Part shown: one piece after another, positions 17,324 to 27,500 of the stretch
How positions within the stretch are numbered: position 1 is the stretch's first letter
How the letters are laid out: the number at the start of each line of letters is the position of its first letter
Virus record (IMG/VR): IMGVR_UViG_3300036987_000034
Location: 1-41,989 of that record
DNA: 41,989 nucleotides
Reading direction: 5' to 3' (one strand)
Origin: a virus
Taxonomy: Duplodnaviria > Caudoviricetes
Made by a program: the position numbers and the translations under genes
The notes under the pieces: generated by a model
Databases searched by the model: none
Seen by the model: only the letters and a program-made list of their open reading frames with translations
What the model was told of the DNA's origin: nothing

Positions 17324-17797
17324 ATGGGAATCAAGATCAATGAACTCCTTTCTGGTGGTGGCCTGACTGACACCTCCGCGACTGCTATCTACAATCCCGG
17401 CCAGATTTACGAGAATGAAGAGACTGGCGCGAAGTACCAGTATGTCGGACCCACCAGCGCGTATATCAGCGCGTACTTCCAGGTTGTAGTCACGACCGCA
17501 GAAGACGGCGTTTCCATGCGCGTAATCAAGAAACCCACCACAAGCACGACTATCGGGCAGGGTATCCCGCAGGTAAACATGCCGCTTGGCTACTACGGCT
17601 TCATTAAGAAGACTGGCGTTGCCGAGGCGTATGTTACCTCGTCTGTTGCGCTTGGTGCGGAACTCATGGGCCATGCTTCTACCGCTGGCTGCCTTGCTGC
17701 TAAAACCAGCACGGTTGCTTCCGGTGTTGCGAAAACCCTTGAAGTCGGTCTTGGGCTTGGCACGACCACGACCGTTCTGTTGCTGTACCCGTGCTGA
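17324..17797 (+). CDS. Capsid decoration/cement protein
   Basis: Follows the capsid gene; strong RBS; KYQYV...G....YGFIKKTG pattern. Confidence 0.65.
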   Translation: MGIKINELLSGGGLTDTSATAIYNPGQIYENEETGAKYQYVGPTSAYISAYFQVVVTTAEDGVSMRVIKKPTTSTTIGQGIPQVNMPLGYYGFIKKTGVAEAYVTSSVALGAELMGHASTAGCLAAKTSTVASGVAKTLEVGLGLGTTTTVLLLYPC

Positions 17798-17810
17798 AGA
17801 AGTGAAATAC

Positions 17811-17834
17811 GCGGGGGGGCTACGGCCCCTCCGC
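17811..17834 (+). terminator. GC-rich hairpin after the capsid genes (weak terminator or mRNA stabiliser)
   Basis: GCGGGGGGGC-TACG-GCCCCTCCGC with a cUNCGg loop; poor U-tract (TTCCTT). Confidence 0.55.
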
Positions 17835-17853
17835 TTCCTTGGAAGGAAATGGC

Positions 17854-18237
17854 ATGGACAATTCGTTTGAAGTAAACACAAAGTCATTGGGCTATGGGGT
17901 TGATGACGCGCTGAACAGATCAAACGAGTTGATGAAAATGGCAGTTTTTGATAGCGGCGGTTCTTTCGACAATCTTGTACTCGGTTTCACATTCGCGCTT
18001 TTCAAGGAGACTGAAACGGCGACAACAGAGGAATTGCAACTTGTAAACGAACCAGTAACATTCGTGTTCAAGTATCCAGATATGCGACTCGACAAGGTTC
18101 TGGCTGACAATGACGGGCGCATAGGGGAAACGGTATTCCATGTTGTTGCGAAGATTCTTGAAGGCATGAAAAAGATCGGACTTGATTGTGAAAAAAAACT
18201 AAGGAGTGAGAAACAAGATGGCACTGAACAGAGCTAA
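17854..18237 (+). CDS. Hypothetical protein
   Basis: 127-aa ORF with GGAAGG RBS. Confidence 0.6.
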   Translation: MDNSFEVNTKSLGYGVDDALNRSNELMKMAVFDSGGSFDNLVLGFTFALFKETETATTEELQLVNEPVTFVFKYPDMRLDKVLADNDGRIGETVFHVVAKILEGMKKIGLDCEKKLRSEKQDGTEQS

Positions 18238-18544
18238 AAGGGAACTTCAGGTGTGTCTTGGCACGGTTGCTGCAAACGGCACAGTGTCTGGCGGGTTCGG
18301 GCTTAAAAACGGTGTGTCTGGCACTGGTAGCTGTACGCTTTCCGACACGAGCCTTTACACATTCACTTGGCCCAAGGCCTTCAATGTGGCCCCGGCTGTG
18401 TCTATCGCGCACGCTTCTGCCGTTCGGCATGAGATTGCAACGACCACCACGGGATGCACAGTGCGCCTTCTCGCCTACGACAGCACTACCAAGACAGCCT
18501 CGGTCTTCACGATCCTGGCAATGGGCTACGGCGACGCTCGATAA
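18218..18544 (+). CDS. Small virion structural protein (beta-rich)
   Basis: T/G/A-rich; YTFTWPKAFNVAPAV pattern; AAGGAG RBS. Confidence 0.55.
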   Translation: MALNRAKRELQVCLGTVAANGTVSGGFGLKNGVSGTGSCTLSDTSLYTFTWPKAFNVAPAVSIAHASAVRHEIATTTTGCTVRLLAYDSTTKTASVFTILAMGYGDAR

Positions 18545-18562
18545 CACAAAGGGGGCAATGCC

Positions 18563-19639
18563 ATGAACGCCTCCGAGCTTATTACAGAGGTTCGGGAACT
18601 ACTTGACGAACCCGTAAGCAACAGCGCGACAACGCCGTACTTCACGGACGCGCGGTTATTGGCGTGGCTGAACCAAGTGTACATACAGTTCTGTAGGTTC
18701 ACGAACTGGCATGTGCGGAAAACGAACTATCTCCAAGGTTCCACATACATGAACGCTGCGGCAACCACCGCGAGTTCACCTATTCACAACATGCCGTCTG
18801 ACTTCTTGAAGCTGGACCCCAAGAGCGGTGTATTCTGGGTAGTGAATAGCAAGCCGCGCAAGCTAGATGAAATGGACAAGGTACAGGCCGCGCTTGAGGG
18901 TTGGTGGCGTTCAGTAAATGTTGCCGGGACACCATCGCATTACAGCATCAGGTATCTTGACGCTGACCTAAAGGGAATTACGGCTCCTGCCCCTGCGCCA
19001 ACGCTTACCCCTGCCGGAACTGGCGGGTTTGCTGCTGCAACCGGGTACAAGTACAAGTACACCTATTACAACAGCACGACAACGCAGGAATCGGTTGCGA
19101 GTGCGGCTGCTGATACTGGTGCATTCAGCGGCAAGGCAACAGTAGCTATTGTACCGACATGGAGCGGTGACACTGGCGTTGACCAGATAAAGATTTATAG
19201 GACTGTTGACGGTGGAAGCGCGTATTACCTTGTCACAACGATTACAACGCCAACGGCCTCATACAACGATAACCTGGCAGACGGCACTCTGATAACACGG
19301 GCTGCTTATTCTGCAACGCAACAGAGTGGATATGTTCTTGAGACATATCCGTATCCGACTTCTGCGGGATACAATCTACAGGCGCATTATGTAGCAAAGC
19401 CAACGCTGCTTGCTACAACCCCTTCAGCGACAACGCCAAGCATACCAGACGATTACCAGTGGGGGCTTGTGTACGGTGCGGCTGCTACAGGGAAAATGAA
19501 GCGCAGGCTGTATGACGAGGCGCGCGCGTTCCAGAACAAAATGTACGAGATATTCGAACAGGCATTGACGGAAACGCAGGACAGGGGAACCTCGGAGTTC
19601 GACGTTCCTACGGACACATACTTACCTTACAAGTGGTGA
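18563..19639 (+). CDS. Head-tail adaptor / tail tubular protein A-like, with inserted Ig/FN3-like domain
   Basis: MNASELITEVRELLDE...FTDARLLAWLN N-terminus and PSIPDDYQWGLVYGA C-terminus. Confidence 0.75.
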   Translation: MNASELITEVRELLDEPVSNSATTPYFTDARLLAWLNQVYIQFCRFTNWHVRKTNYLQGSTYMNAAATTASSPIHNMPSDFLKLDPKSGVFWVVNSKPRKLDEMDKVQAALEGWWRSVNVAGTPSHYSIRYLDADLKGITAPAPAPTLTPAGTGGFAAATGYKYKYTYYNSTTTQESVASAAADTGAFSGKATVAIVPTWSGDTGVDQIKIYRTVDGGSAYYLVTTITTPTASYNDNLADGTLITRAAYSATQQSGYVLETYPYPTSAGYNLQAHYVAKPTLLATTPSATTPSIPDDYQWGLVYGAAATGKMKRRLYDEARAFQNKMYEIFEQALTETQDRGTSEFDVPTDTYLPYKW

Positions 19640-19643
19640 GCGA

Positions 19644-21452
19644 ATGAGCCGTGGCAAAACACAGTTTGAGCATTACCGCAATTACACGGGCGGCGTGAAT
19701 TACCGTGCGTTGCCTACTGAACTATTGGAAGATCAGTACAGGGGCGGAAGCAATGTAACGCTTACGAATATAGGAAAGCTGGCCAAGCGCGGCGGCAGGA
19801 GCAAGGTCAACACAAGTGCTACTTCAAAAATCCATTCACTGTATAGGTATTCTCGTGGAACGACAACGCGGACTCTTGTCGGCGCCGGAACCGTACTGTC
19901 AAGAGTAAATGGAACCGCGCTTACTTCTGTGCAGACCGGAATGTCAGGGAACAGTATATCGTTTGAATCCTTCAATGATTTCTGTTGGATTGCAGACGGT
20001 ACCAATATGTACAAGTACGACATGACCAATATAAGGAACTGGGGCATTGCCGCGCCAACCGTTGCGGTTACTGCAACGGTTTCTGGTAGTGCCGGGACAT
20101 TCTCTGCTAGTGTCGGGTTTACTTACAAGTATACCTACTACAATAGCAGCACGGGCCATGAGTCTGCGGATAGTGCCGTTGCTTCAACAGGGGCGTTCAC
20201 GAATAAGGCGAGCGTGGCTGTTGGCTACACGGCAAGCACGGATGCACAGGTTACACATGTTCGGATTTACCGAACAACTGACGGTGGTTCCACATACTAC
20301 CTGTTGACAACGGTAACGAATGCAACGAGTTCATATACCGATACAACGGCTGACGCGACATTGCAGAATAACGCGCTGTTTGCCTCTGACGACAACGATC
20401 CTCCTGTTGGTGCTCGGTATGTCTGTCTGCATAAGAAACGGCTGTTCACGCTGAACCAGACCTCAAATACGAGCCGCCTTGCGTGGAGTAAGATTAACAA
20501 GCCTTGGGCATTGCCGGACACATACTATGAGGATATTGACAAAGGGTATGGCGGCGTGGGCACCGGGATTGTTTCATTCGGTGACGCGCTTGTTGTGGCG
20601 AAGAATAAAGTAATCTGGGTTATATGGGGATGTGAGAATGAAGATTCAATCAACTGGGTCAAGGTCAGACAGATTGAAAACAACGGGGTCATTGCCCATC
20701 GATCCCTCATTGTATCCAACGGATACATATACTTTGTCGGTAGGTTCGGGTATATATACCGAATGGGAGCGGACTTCAACCCTGTCAGAATATCTTTGGA
20801 CATTGATTCATTATTCGACAATGTGACAGAGGCGGCTATGGCTGGTGCTGTGGCCGTTGACCGTGGTAATGGCAAACTGTATTTCAGCTTACCGTCCAAT
20901 ACGAATAGTGCGAATAATGACCTGTTGCTTGAATATGATACGCAGTTTGAGTCCTGGCATCCGTACATGAAAAGTAAAATGGTTAGCGCAATGGCGGTAG
21001 CCAACAGCGAGAACGAGAGCAATAACTGGTACTCTGGCGATGTGTACGGATTTGTAAGGAATGAGGCAACTGGCGACACGGACGATGCGGCCGGATTTGT
21101 CGCCTCTGTTGAGGGGCGATATTCCCACATGGAGTTGCCGTCATTGTTTAAGAAGGTATGGCAGATCGCAACTGAAGCCACAATGAGCGTTGTTGGCGAT
21201 ACCGTTACTGTCACGCCCAAGACGAGAACTGGATTCTATTCAACACATACGATTACCCACGCTGCGCAGGATGTGTGGATAGGCGGTTGGATTGGAAGTT
21301 GGAGTTCGCTTAGCACGGATAGGATAGAGCGGCAAATGTGCGCGCAGGGCGTTGTTGGAGCGCATATAGCCGTTGACATTCAGAGCAATACTTCAAGCGG
21401 GGATTGTACCTTTGAAGGCGCGACGCTTGAATATACGGTTGAAACAACTTGA
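19644..21452 (+). CDS. Tail nozzle / stabilisation protein (tubular protein B/gp10-like)
   Basis: YTGGVN...GKLAKRGG N-terminus; propeller-like repeats (HKKRLF, RLAWS, NGVIAHRS, LLEYDT...W). Confidence 0.75.
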   Translation: MSRGKTQFEHYRNYTGGVNYRALPTELLEDQYRGGSNVTLTNIGKLAKRGGRSKVNTSATSKIHSLYRYSRGTTTRTLVGAGTVLSRVNGTALTSVQTGMSGNSISFESFNDFCWIADGTNMYKYDMTNIRNWGIAAPTVAVTATVSGSAGTFSASVGFTYKYTYYNSSTGHESADSAVASTGAFTNKASVAVGYTASTDAQVTHVRIYRTTDGGSTYYLLTTVTNATSSYTDTTADATLQNNALFASDDNDPPVGARYVCLHKKRLFTLNQTSNTSRLAWSKINKPWALPDTYYEDIDKGYGGVGTGIVSFGDALVVAKNKVIWVIWGCENEDSINWVKVRQIENNGVIAHRSLIVSNGYIYFVGRFGYIYRMGADFNPVRISLDIDSLFDNVTEAAMAGAVAVDRGNGKLYFSLPSNTNSANNDLLLEYDTQFESWHPYMKSKMVSAMAVANSENESNNWYSGDVYGFVRNEATGDTDDAAGFVASVEGRYSHMELPSLFKKVWQIATEATMSVVGDTVTVTPKTRTGFYSTHTITHAAQDVWIGGWIGSWSSLSTDRIERQMCAQGVVGAHIAVDIQSNTSSGDCTFEGATLEYTVETT

Positions 21453-21461
21453 GGTGACGAA

Positions 21462-22142
21462 ATGGCGTACTACACAAAGGTAGCCACATTCAGTGACGCG
21501 GTAACGAATAACAGTTGCAACTCACTGGATACGGAACTATCAAATATACAGACAGGATTTGCTACTGCTGAAGCTGCTGTTGGCGTGAACGCTGCGGCGA
21601 TTGCCGTTAATGCGGCAAACATTGCAACAAATACGAGCAACATTGCAACGAACACTGGAAACATATCAGCACTGCAAACGACTGTAACAACTTCTGGGTT
21701 TGTAAAGTTTGTCGGGTACGACTTTGACGCAACGAGCGCTGCTTCTTCAACTGGTGCTTCTTGGACAGCATGCAGTGTAACTGTTCCAGCAAGCACAGCA
21801 ACGAACGGATTGAAGGTAACTCTGTCAATGCAGTTTGACGGAACCGGAGCTGGAAGCTTTGACGGATTCTTGCCGTTGAGGATGAAGGTCGGTGGTGCAG
21901 CGGCAGAAGATTTGTCTGCAACTGGTGCAGGCCGTGACGCTCGATTTGATATAGTTGTTGGCGCATACGGAGCAGGAACGCATACGCATGAGAGAACAAT
22001 GTATGTAAGCGCAGCAACAACGAGCGGCCTTACAACTCCATTCGACAAAACAAAGGAAGTAATTCTGTATGCTGGAGCGGCGTGGAATGTTGGCGCGGCT
22101 GGCCTTATAAGCAATGTTTCAATGACCGTTGAAGCGGTGTAA
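21462..22142 (+). CDS. Tail fibre/needle protein
   Basis: LDTELSNI anchor; heptad N/I coiled coil (NAANIATNTSNIATNTGNISAL); beta-rich tip. Confidence 0.7.
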   Translation: MAYYTKVATFSDAVTNNSCNSLDTELSNIQTGFATAEAAVGVNAAAIAVNAANIATNTSNIATNTGNISALQTTVTTSGFVKFVGYDFDATSAASSTGASWTACSVTVPASTATNGLKVTLSMQFDGTGAGSFDGFLPLRMKVGGAAAEDLSATGAGRDARFDIVVGAYGAGTHTHERTMYVSAATTSGLTTPFDKTKEVILYAGAAWNVGAAGLISNVSMTVEAV

Positions 22143-22143
22143 C

Positions 22144-22473
22144 ATGAGCGACATTGAAGAACTGAAACGAGAGCGCGATGGGTGGAATGAAGTGTACATG
22201 GCGTTTGTCGTGGATAACAATTCCGGCAAGCGAGAGTTCAAAAGGAAGCATGAAGACTGCGGGCTGTGTCCCAAGTACAGGGTAGAAGACGAAAGCGGGT
22301 ATATATCTTGCAGGGAATGCCCTATAGTTAAGCTGACGCGCAGGACATGCAACTACTGGTGGGGGATTCACGGGATAGAACAGGGTAAAACAGAAACCGG
22401 AAGTGCAGCACTTACAACATACCTGTGGCTGAAAGACATGATTGAAAAAGCCGAAGCAAAGGAAGTGGATTAA
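22144..22473 (+). CDS. Hypothetical Cys-rich protein
   Basis: CGLC...CRECP...C; composition differs from the flanking structural genes. Confidence 0.55.
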   Translation: MSDIEELKRERDGWNEVYMAFVVDNNSGKREFKRKHEDCGLCPKYRVEDESGYISCRECPIVKLTRRTCNYWWGIHGIEQGKTETGSAALTTYLWLKDMIEKAEAKEVD

Positions 22474-22474
22474 A

Positions 22475-23317
22475 ATGGGATGGGTTGGCCCTGCAATATC
22501 TGTTGGCTCCGCTATTTTTGGAAACAAGGCAAGCAAGAACCAAAGGAACATGGCAAATGAGGCAATGCGGAATCAAATGACGCTTGCCGGACAAGCCATG
22601 CAGCCGTATGACGAGTTCTATGGATTCAAGGGCGGTGCGCCAGAAGAAGGCATGAATCCATGGGAGCTTGCCATTGCGCGGAACTATACAGACGCGCTAC
22701 AGGGATATGACCCTAACACAAGCTCATTGCAGCGTAGCGCGCTGTTAGAGGCGATAGACAGGTCTTATGCGGCGAATGACGCGGCACAGCGCGAAAGGCT
22801 CACACAGGCTGGATTTGACCCCAACAGCGGCACTGCGTTGCGGGCGGGGCAGGAAATGGACGAAGCCCGCGCACTGGCACGACAGACAACGGCAAGGGAT
22901 CTGTACTTTCAGAACGAGGAATTAAAGAGACAGGCTGCAAGCAACCTTGGGAATATGGGACGAAGCGTTGCGGATATTCCGCTTGCTGCGAGTGGCGCGT
23001 ATGGACAGGCGGGAGCGGCCGCACAGAACAGGGCCGATCAGATCACGGGTTCGTATTCTGGTCTTGCCGGGACGCTTGGAACAATGTATGGCATGGGCGC
23101 GTTTGGTGGTGGCGGTGCGGAATCACCGTCAACCGTGAGCGGTGGATTATCTGGTATAGGTGGCGCAATGCAGGGTCCTCGCGGCGCAACGCGGCAGACA
23201 ACAACGGCCCCCACATCTACCACGCAGCCTCCGAATTTTGGCAGCTCAACCTCATGGATTAACAGATACAAAATGGGAAATCAAGACCGCTACATTGAAC
23301 GGCTTAATAGATTCTGA
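22475..23317 (+). CDS. Ejection/pilot protein
   Basis: MGWVGPAISVGSAIFGNKASK start; A/G/Q-rich; first of three internal-virion-like genes. Confidence 0.65.
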   Translation: MGWVGPAISVGSAIFGNKASKNQRNMANEAMRNQMTLAGQAMQPYDEFYGFKGGAPEEGMNPWELAIARNYTDALQGYDPNTSSLQRSALLEAIDRSYAANDAAQRERLTQAGFDPNSGTALRAGQEMDEARALARQTTARDLYFQNEELKRQAASNLGNMGRSVADIPLAASGAYGQAGAAAQNRADQITGSYSGLAGTLGTMYGMGAFGGGGAESPSTVSGGLSGIGGAMQGPRGATRQTTTAPTSTTQPPNFGSSTSWINRYKMGNQDRYIERLNRF

Positions 23318-23334
23318 TATTCAGGGAGTAAATC

Positions 23335-24552
23335 ATGGCTAACCTCACACCCTTTGTCCAGACACTTGACAGCTTCTTACAGGGCCAGTTGAAGGGACAG
23401 GAATACAAGCGCAATCTTGAGGCCGAAGAAGCGCAGCGCAAGATGGCGCAAGAGCAGATGATGTTCGAACGCGGGATTGCAAGCGGGCAGCTGGATGTCC
23501 AGCGCGGGAATCTTGCTGCGAATAGGGCAAAGCTAGGCGCAGAGTTACGGTCAAACACATTGGACAGAATGGCAAAAAGCAGGGAAGCATTGGCAAAGCG
23601 GCGCGGAGAAGCAAAAAAAGAAAAGCGCGAGTTTGTTGAAAGATCAGAAGATGCAATTATGAAGCGCGCTGGTGACTTGATGGAGTTTGGAAGCATGACA
23701 CCAGCAGAAGCATGGAACCAAGCAACAGCAGAACAGCGTTCTAAAACGCATGGCCAATATGATGTTGGCAGAGAGGGTCTATATGGCCCTCAAGAAGCAA
23801 CAACAACATTCCAACCAAGGGGGGCCATGCTTGAGCCTGGGTTGCAGCAACAAAAGTTTGCACACCAGCGGTCAGTGGATTCCGAACAAACAAGACAGGC
23901 AGACGAAAGGATTCGCATAGCAGAGGGAAATCTTGCGGTTGCGCAAAAGAACGCAGAAACAAGCGCACGAAATTTAGAATCAATGGCAGAGCTGAGAAAG
24001 GCCACAATAGAAAACAACGCGGCCATAACAGCCAAAACAATGCAGGATATTAGTAAGACAGGAAAGTACGGACCAGAGGCAATGTCCGCGATAAATTCTT
24101 TCTTTGTGCTTCAGCGCGGCCTGTTGCAAAAACCATATTACGAAATGAACGCAGAACAAAAGAGGGCAATAATAACGAGACAGTGGAATGAACTTAACCA
24201 GTACCTTGTTGGGCTTGGATATCCCGCTCTTGATTCCGCTCCAGAGGACAATTCATGGCTTAGGCCGCTTATGCAGTCTGTTTACACTGCAATAGACCCT
24301 GCAACTGGTGATTCTGGGCCAGTTGTTGAAGGCACAACAAGCGGATACTATGTGCCAACCCCGCCAGAAATATTTGTTCCCGGTTCCTCTACCCCTCCAT
24401 CCGCTCCGACAAAAAGCACTGGCCCTAAAAAGTCAGACGCGCCTTCCTCAAAGCCGATTGTTATTGAAGGCGTGAGGCCCGGTTCTGGCGGGAAAAGCAA
24501 TGGTAAGAAACAGAGCAAAACCACTTCGCGCAGCATTAAGCGGGTTGACTAA
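23335..24552 (+). CDS. Ejection/internal virion protein
   Basis: Helical, Q/E/R/A-rich with a Pro-rich tail; position between pilot and giant protein. Confidence 0.6.
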   Translation: MANLTPFVQTLDSFLQGQLKGQEYKRNLEAEEAQRKMAQEQMMFERGIASGQLDVQRGNLAANRAKLGAELRSNTLDRMAKSREALAKRRGEAKKEKREFVERSEDAIMKRAGDLMEFGSMTPAEAWNQATAEQRSKTHGQYDVGREGLYGPQEATTTFQPRGAMLEPGLQQQKFAHQRSVDSEQTRQADERIRIAEGNLAVAQKNAETSARNLESMAELRKATIENNAAITAKTMQDISKTGKYGPEAMSAINSFFVLQRGLLQKPYYEMNAEQKRAIITRQWNELNQYLVGLGYPALDSAPEDNSWLRPLMQSVYTAIDPATGDSGPVVEGTTSGYYVPTPPEIFVPGSSTPPSAPTKSTGPKKSDAPSSKPIVIEGVRPGSGGKSNGKKQSKTTSRSIKRVD

Positions 24553-27500
24553 TGGCTAAAAAAAGCAATGGTACGCTAACGAGTTTTTACAGAAGCGTTC
24601 AAGCTGGTCCGCAAAGGCCGACCGATCCTTATAGCCTTAAATTTATTCAAGAGGCTCACGCTCGCAATGTCGGAAAACAGCCGAAGCCGATAGAAGAATA
24701 CGCAAAGGAACAGGCACGGTTTAAGGAAAACCGTGAGGGCGGCAGGAAGATTCAGCTTACAGGGAAAGACAAGGCGAAATACGAGATTGATGTTGATACA
24801 TTCGATCCAGATCGCGCGGAGATACTTGCGAGTAACTTCACTGAAAAGCAGCTTGAAGCCGCTGCGCCGAAAGACAAGAAGCCGATTCTCGTTAAGGGCG
24901 TTGACGGTGGAACATATAAGATAAATCCGCTGTTGTTTGCCGATGACGAGATACCAGCGTACAAGGAGCTGCTGTCACCTGAAGTATTTCAGTGGGCCAT
25001 GAATGAGATACACGGTATTCCGCAGCCTACAGACAAGCCGACAATGGACAAGTTGCGTGAAATGCGCGCTGGTCTTGGCGCGGCAGAGGCGATGGGAGAA
25101 CCGCGCAGGGGCGGCGGTGTTCCAAGGCCGGACGCTGTTGCTACAACAGGGGCGGCGGCAAAGTCAACAGCAATAGAGCGAACATGGAACGCGCTGGATG
25201 TCGGATTCGATTTGATAACGAAGGCGTTTGAAGAAGCACAGGTTGCCCCTCTTGGCGCGCTTGGTGGCCCTTTTGCTTTGGCTGGCGTTGCGGCTGGCGT
25301 AGGAGATGTCCGTGTCCGCAATGTCATTGAAGCCGCCTCTGGTGCAGAACAAGGCACGATACCGCCAATGTTCAATGAGGGCGTGCTGAAAGAAACATTC
25401 GACTACCTTACAGACAGGTCTGACATTAAGCCTACGCTTTTCGATAAGCAGCTATACCGTGAAGACGAAAAGGGATTGGCACATGTTTCCACGGCAATGA
25501 ACATAGGCATGGAACAGGGCAACAAAGCAATGATTACCTTTGGCCTTGTTTCCGGCTTGGTTGATCCCATTGCCCCGGTTATTGCCGGGTATCGTGGCGT
25601 TAGGTTCGCAGGTAAAGTATTGAAAGCCTCTCACCTGTATGGCGGCAGTTCTATTCGTGCGCTGAATGCGGGGGAGCCGCTTTCTGTGGTTGCCGCCATG
25701 CGCCGAATTAAAAGGTTCGATAACGCCGTACAGGGCGCATTGAAGCTATCTATACGCAAGAATATAATGGATGTTGATCCAGAGACACTTGCGAATAAGA
25801 TTGACGAAGTGCTTGAGCGGCCCACGGTTGGTAAGGCTGAACGGGCAGCGGAAGACATTGCCCCACCAGTAAAAGCTGAAAAGCCCGAGCTGCGGCAACA
25901 GGTAATAAACAACGAAGTCAAGGCTGGCCCAGGCGTTGTGGATGATGTCGTTACACGCGCTGACGCAGAACGCGCAACGAATTTACAGGTATTGCGCGAG
26001 GTTGACGCTGTAATGGAAGAAGCGTATCGCATGTTCCCTGACGAATTGATACAGGCAGAGCGCGGTCAGACAAGAAGCGGTGGCGTTGTTGAGGATGTTG
26101 TTTATAAGACACCAGAAAAAAGAAAGTCTACTGGCGTAAAGCCCAAAGAAGCAGTAGCAGAACAAAGAGCAGAACCGCTTTATAGAGAAACCGTAGAATC
26201 TCAATATCTTGTAGAACAGGGGGAAATGAATACTGGGTGGGATATTGATATAAAAACTGGTGAAACAAGGGCGAATGAGACAGAGATATTTAGACATGGA
26301 ACAGCTAAGAAAACAGAACTTTCACCTGAAATTGTTGACCCAATAAACCTCAAGGGAATTAAAAAGTATTTCAATCTTCATGGGCCAGGTTTCTATACCA
26401 CAAGGAACCAGGGAATAGCTGGTAAGTATGCTGCAAATCACGAAGATGGTGGAAAGGTCTATGAAGTTGTAATAAAGCCAAAGAAAACCCTTGATTTAGA
26501 CGAAAAACTAAATGACGACCTTGTAAAGCAGGTAATGAATGCTATATTAAAGCCAGATCCAGAAAGCGGCGATATTGCATTCCGACTTAATGATGACATT
26601 ATTGTAACAATGCAGAATTTTGGAATGAATAGAGAGATAACAAATGGAAACTTTTTAGCAATAGTTAGGCATGAACTTGTAAAGGCTGCTGATGAGCATT
26701 ATGGTAGAGCATGGTTCACTAAAAAATACGACAATGTAAACGACACGCTTGTTTCACTCGGATATGACACCATGAAACATGAAGGTGGAAATATCCGAGG
26801 TGGTGGTAAAATAAAACATGACGTAATGATAGCTATAAAGCCCAAAAGCAAAAACATTAAATGGGAAAACCCAATTGTATCAATATCAGAAGCACCAACA
26901 AGGGCAAGCAAGGCTTTTGACATTTCTGAAAATATAGTTGAACGGCCTGGAGGAGTTGTTGAATATGTCTTTGGAATCAATGGCCGCATGGACATTGCGC
27001 CGGAGACAAGACAGGCTGTTGAAGAAGGAATAATGAAATTCCATAGCGGCCCTTCTATAACCCTGTCAACGCTGCGCAAGGTTGGTGAAGGAGCAGGGTG
27101 GCTTTATGATCTTACATTTGAAACGATAAGCAAATATATTTGGAAGCCCGGTGTCCGTGCGCTAACTGGCGGCAGGGTTCCAGACGGCTTCTATAATTGG
27201 GGAAAAGCACAGCGGAAAGCATTCATTGACAGTAATCTTGGCACTGGCAATGACTACGACAAGTGGATTCAGAGACTTGTTGCTCCTTCTGAATTTAGGG
27301 GCAAGTCAGTTGCAGAGGCAATGGTTGGTATCAACAGGGACGAAAGGATTATCCGCGAGATTATAGACCCGCTTATTACGGCGGCTGTAAATGACGAGGC
27401 TGCGCGCAAGGCGTTCATGGCGGCGAATGGAGAGATACCAGTTGAACAGTTGAATGTGCTTGAAAAAGGGCTGTACGATAACTTTGTCGTATTGCGCGAA

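Noticed and set aside
17300-17326. Readthrough fusion of capsid and decoration protein (same frame)
   Set aside because: A second in-frame stop (TGA) and an independent strong RBS lie between them.
16322-17923. 533-aa minus-strand ORF and other long antisense ORFs (e.g. 8815-9825)
   Set aside because: Shadows of the codon-biased capsid and terminase genes, with no recognisable motifs.
11716-22142. DGR or invertible tail-fibre switching
   Set aside because: No reverse transcriptase, template/variable repeat pair or flanking inverted repeats were seen by eye.
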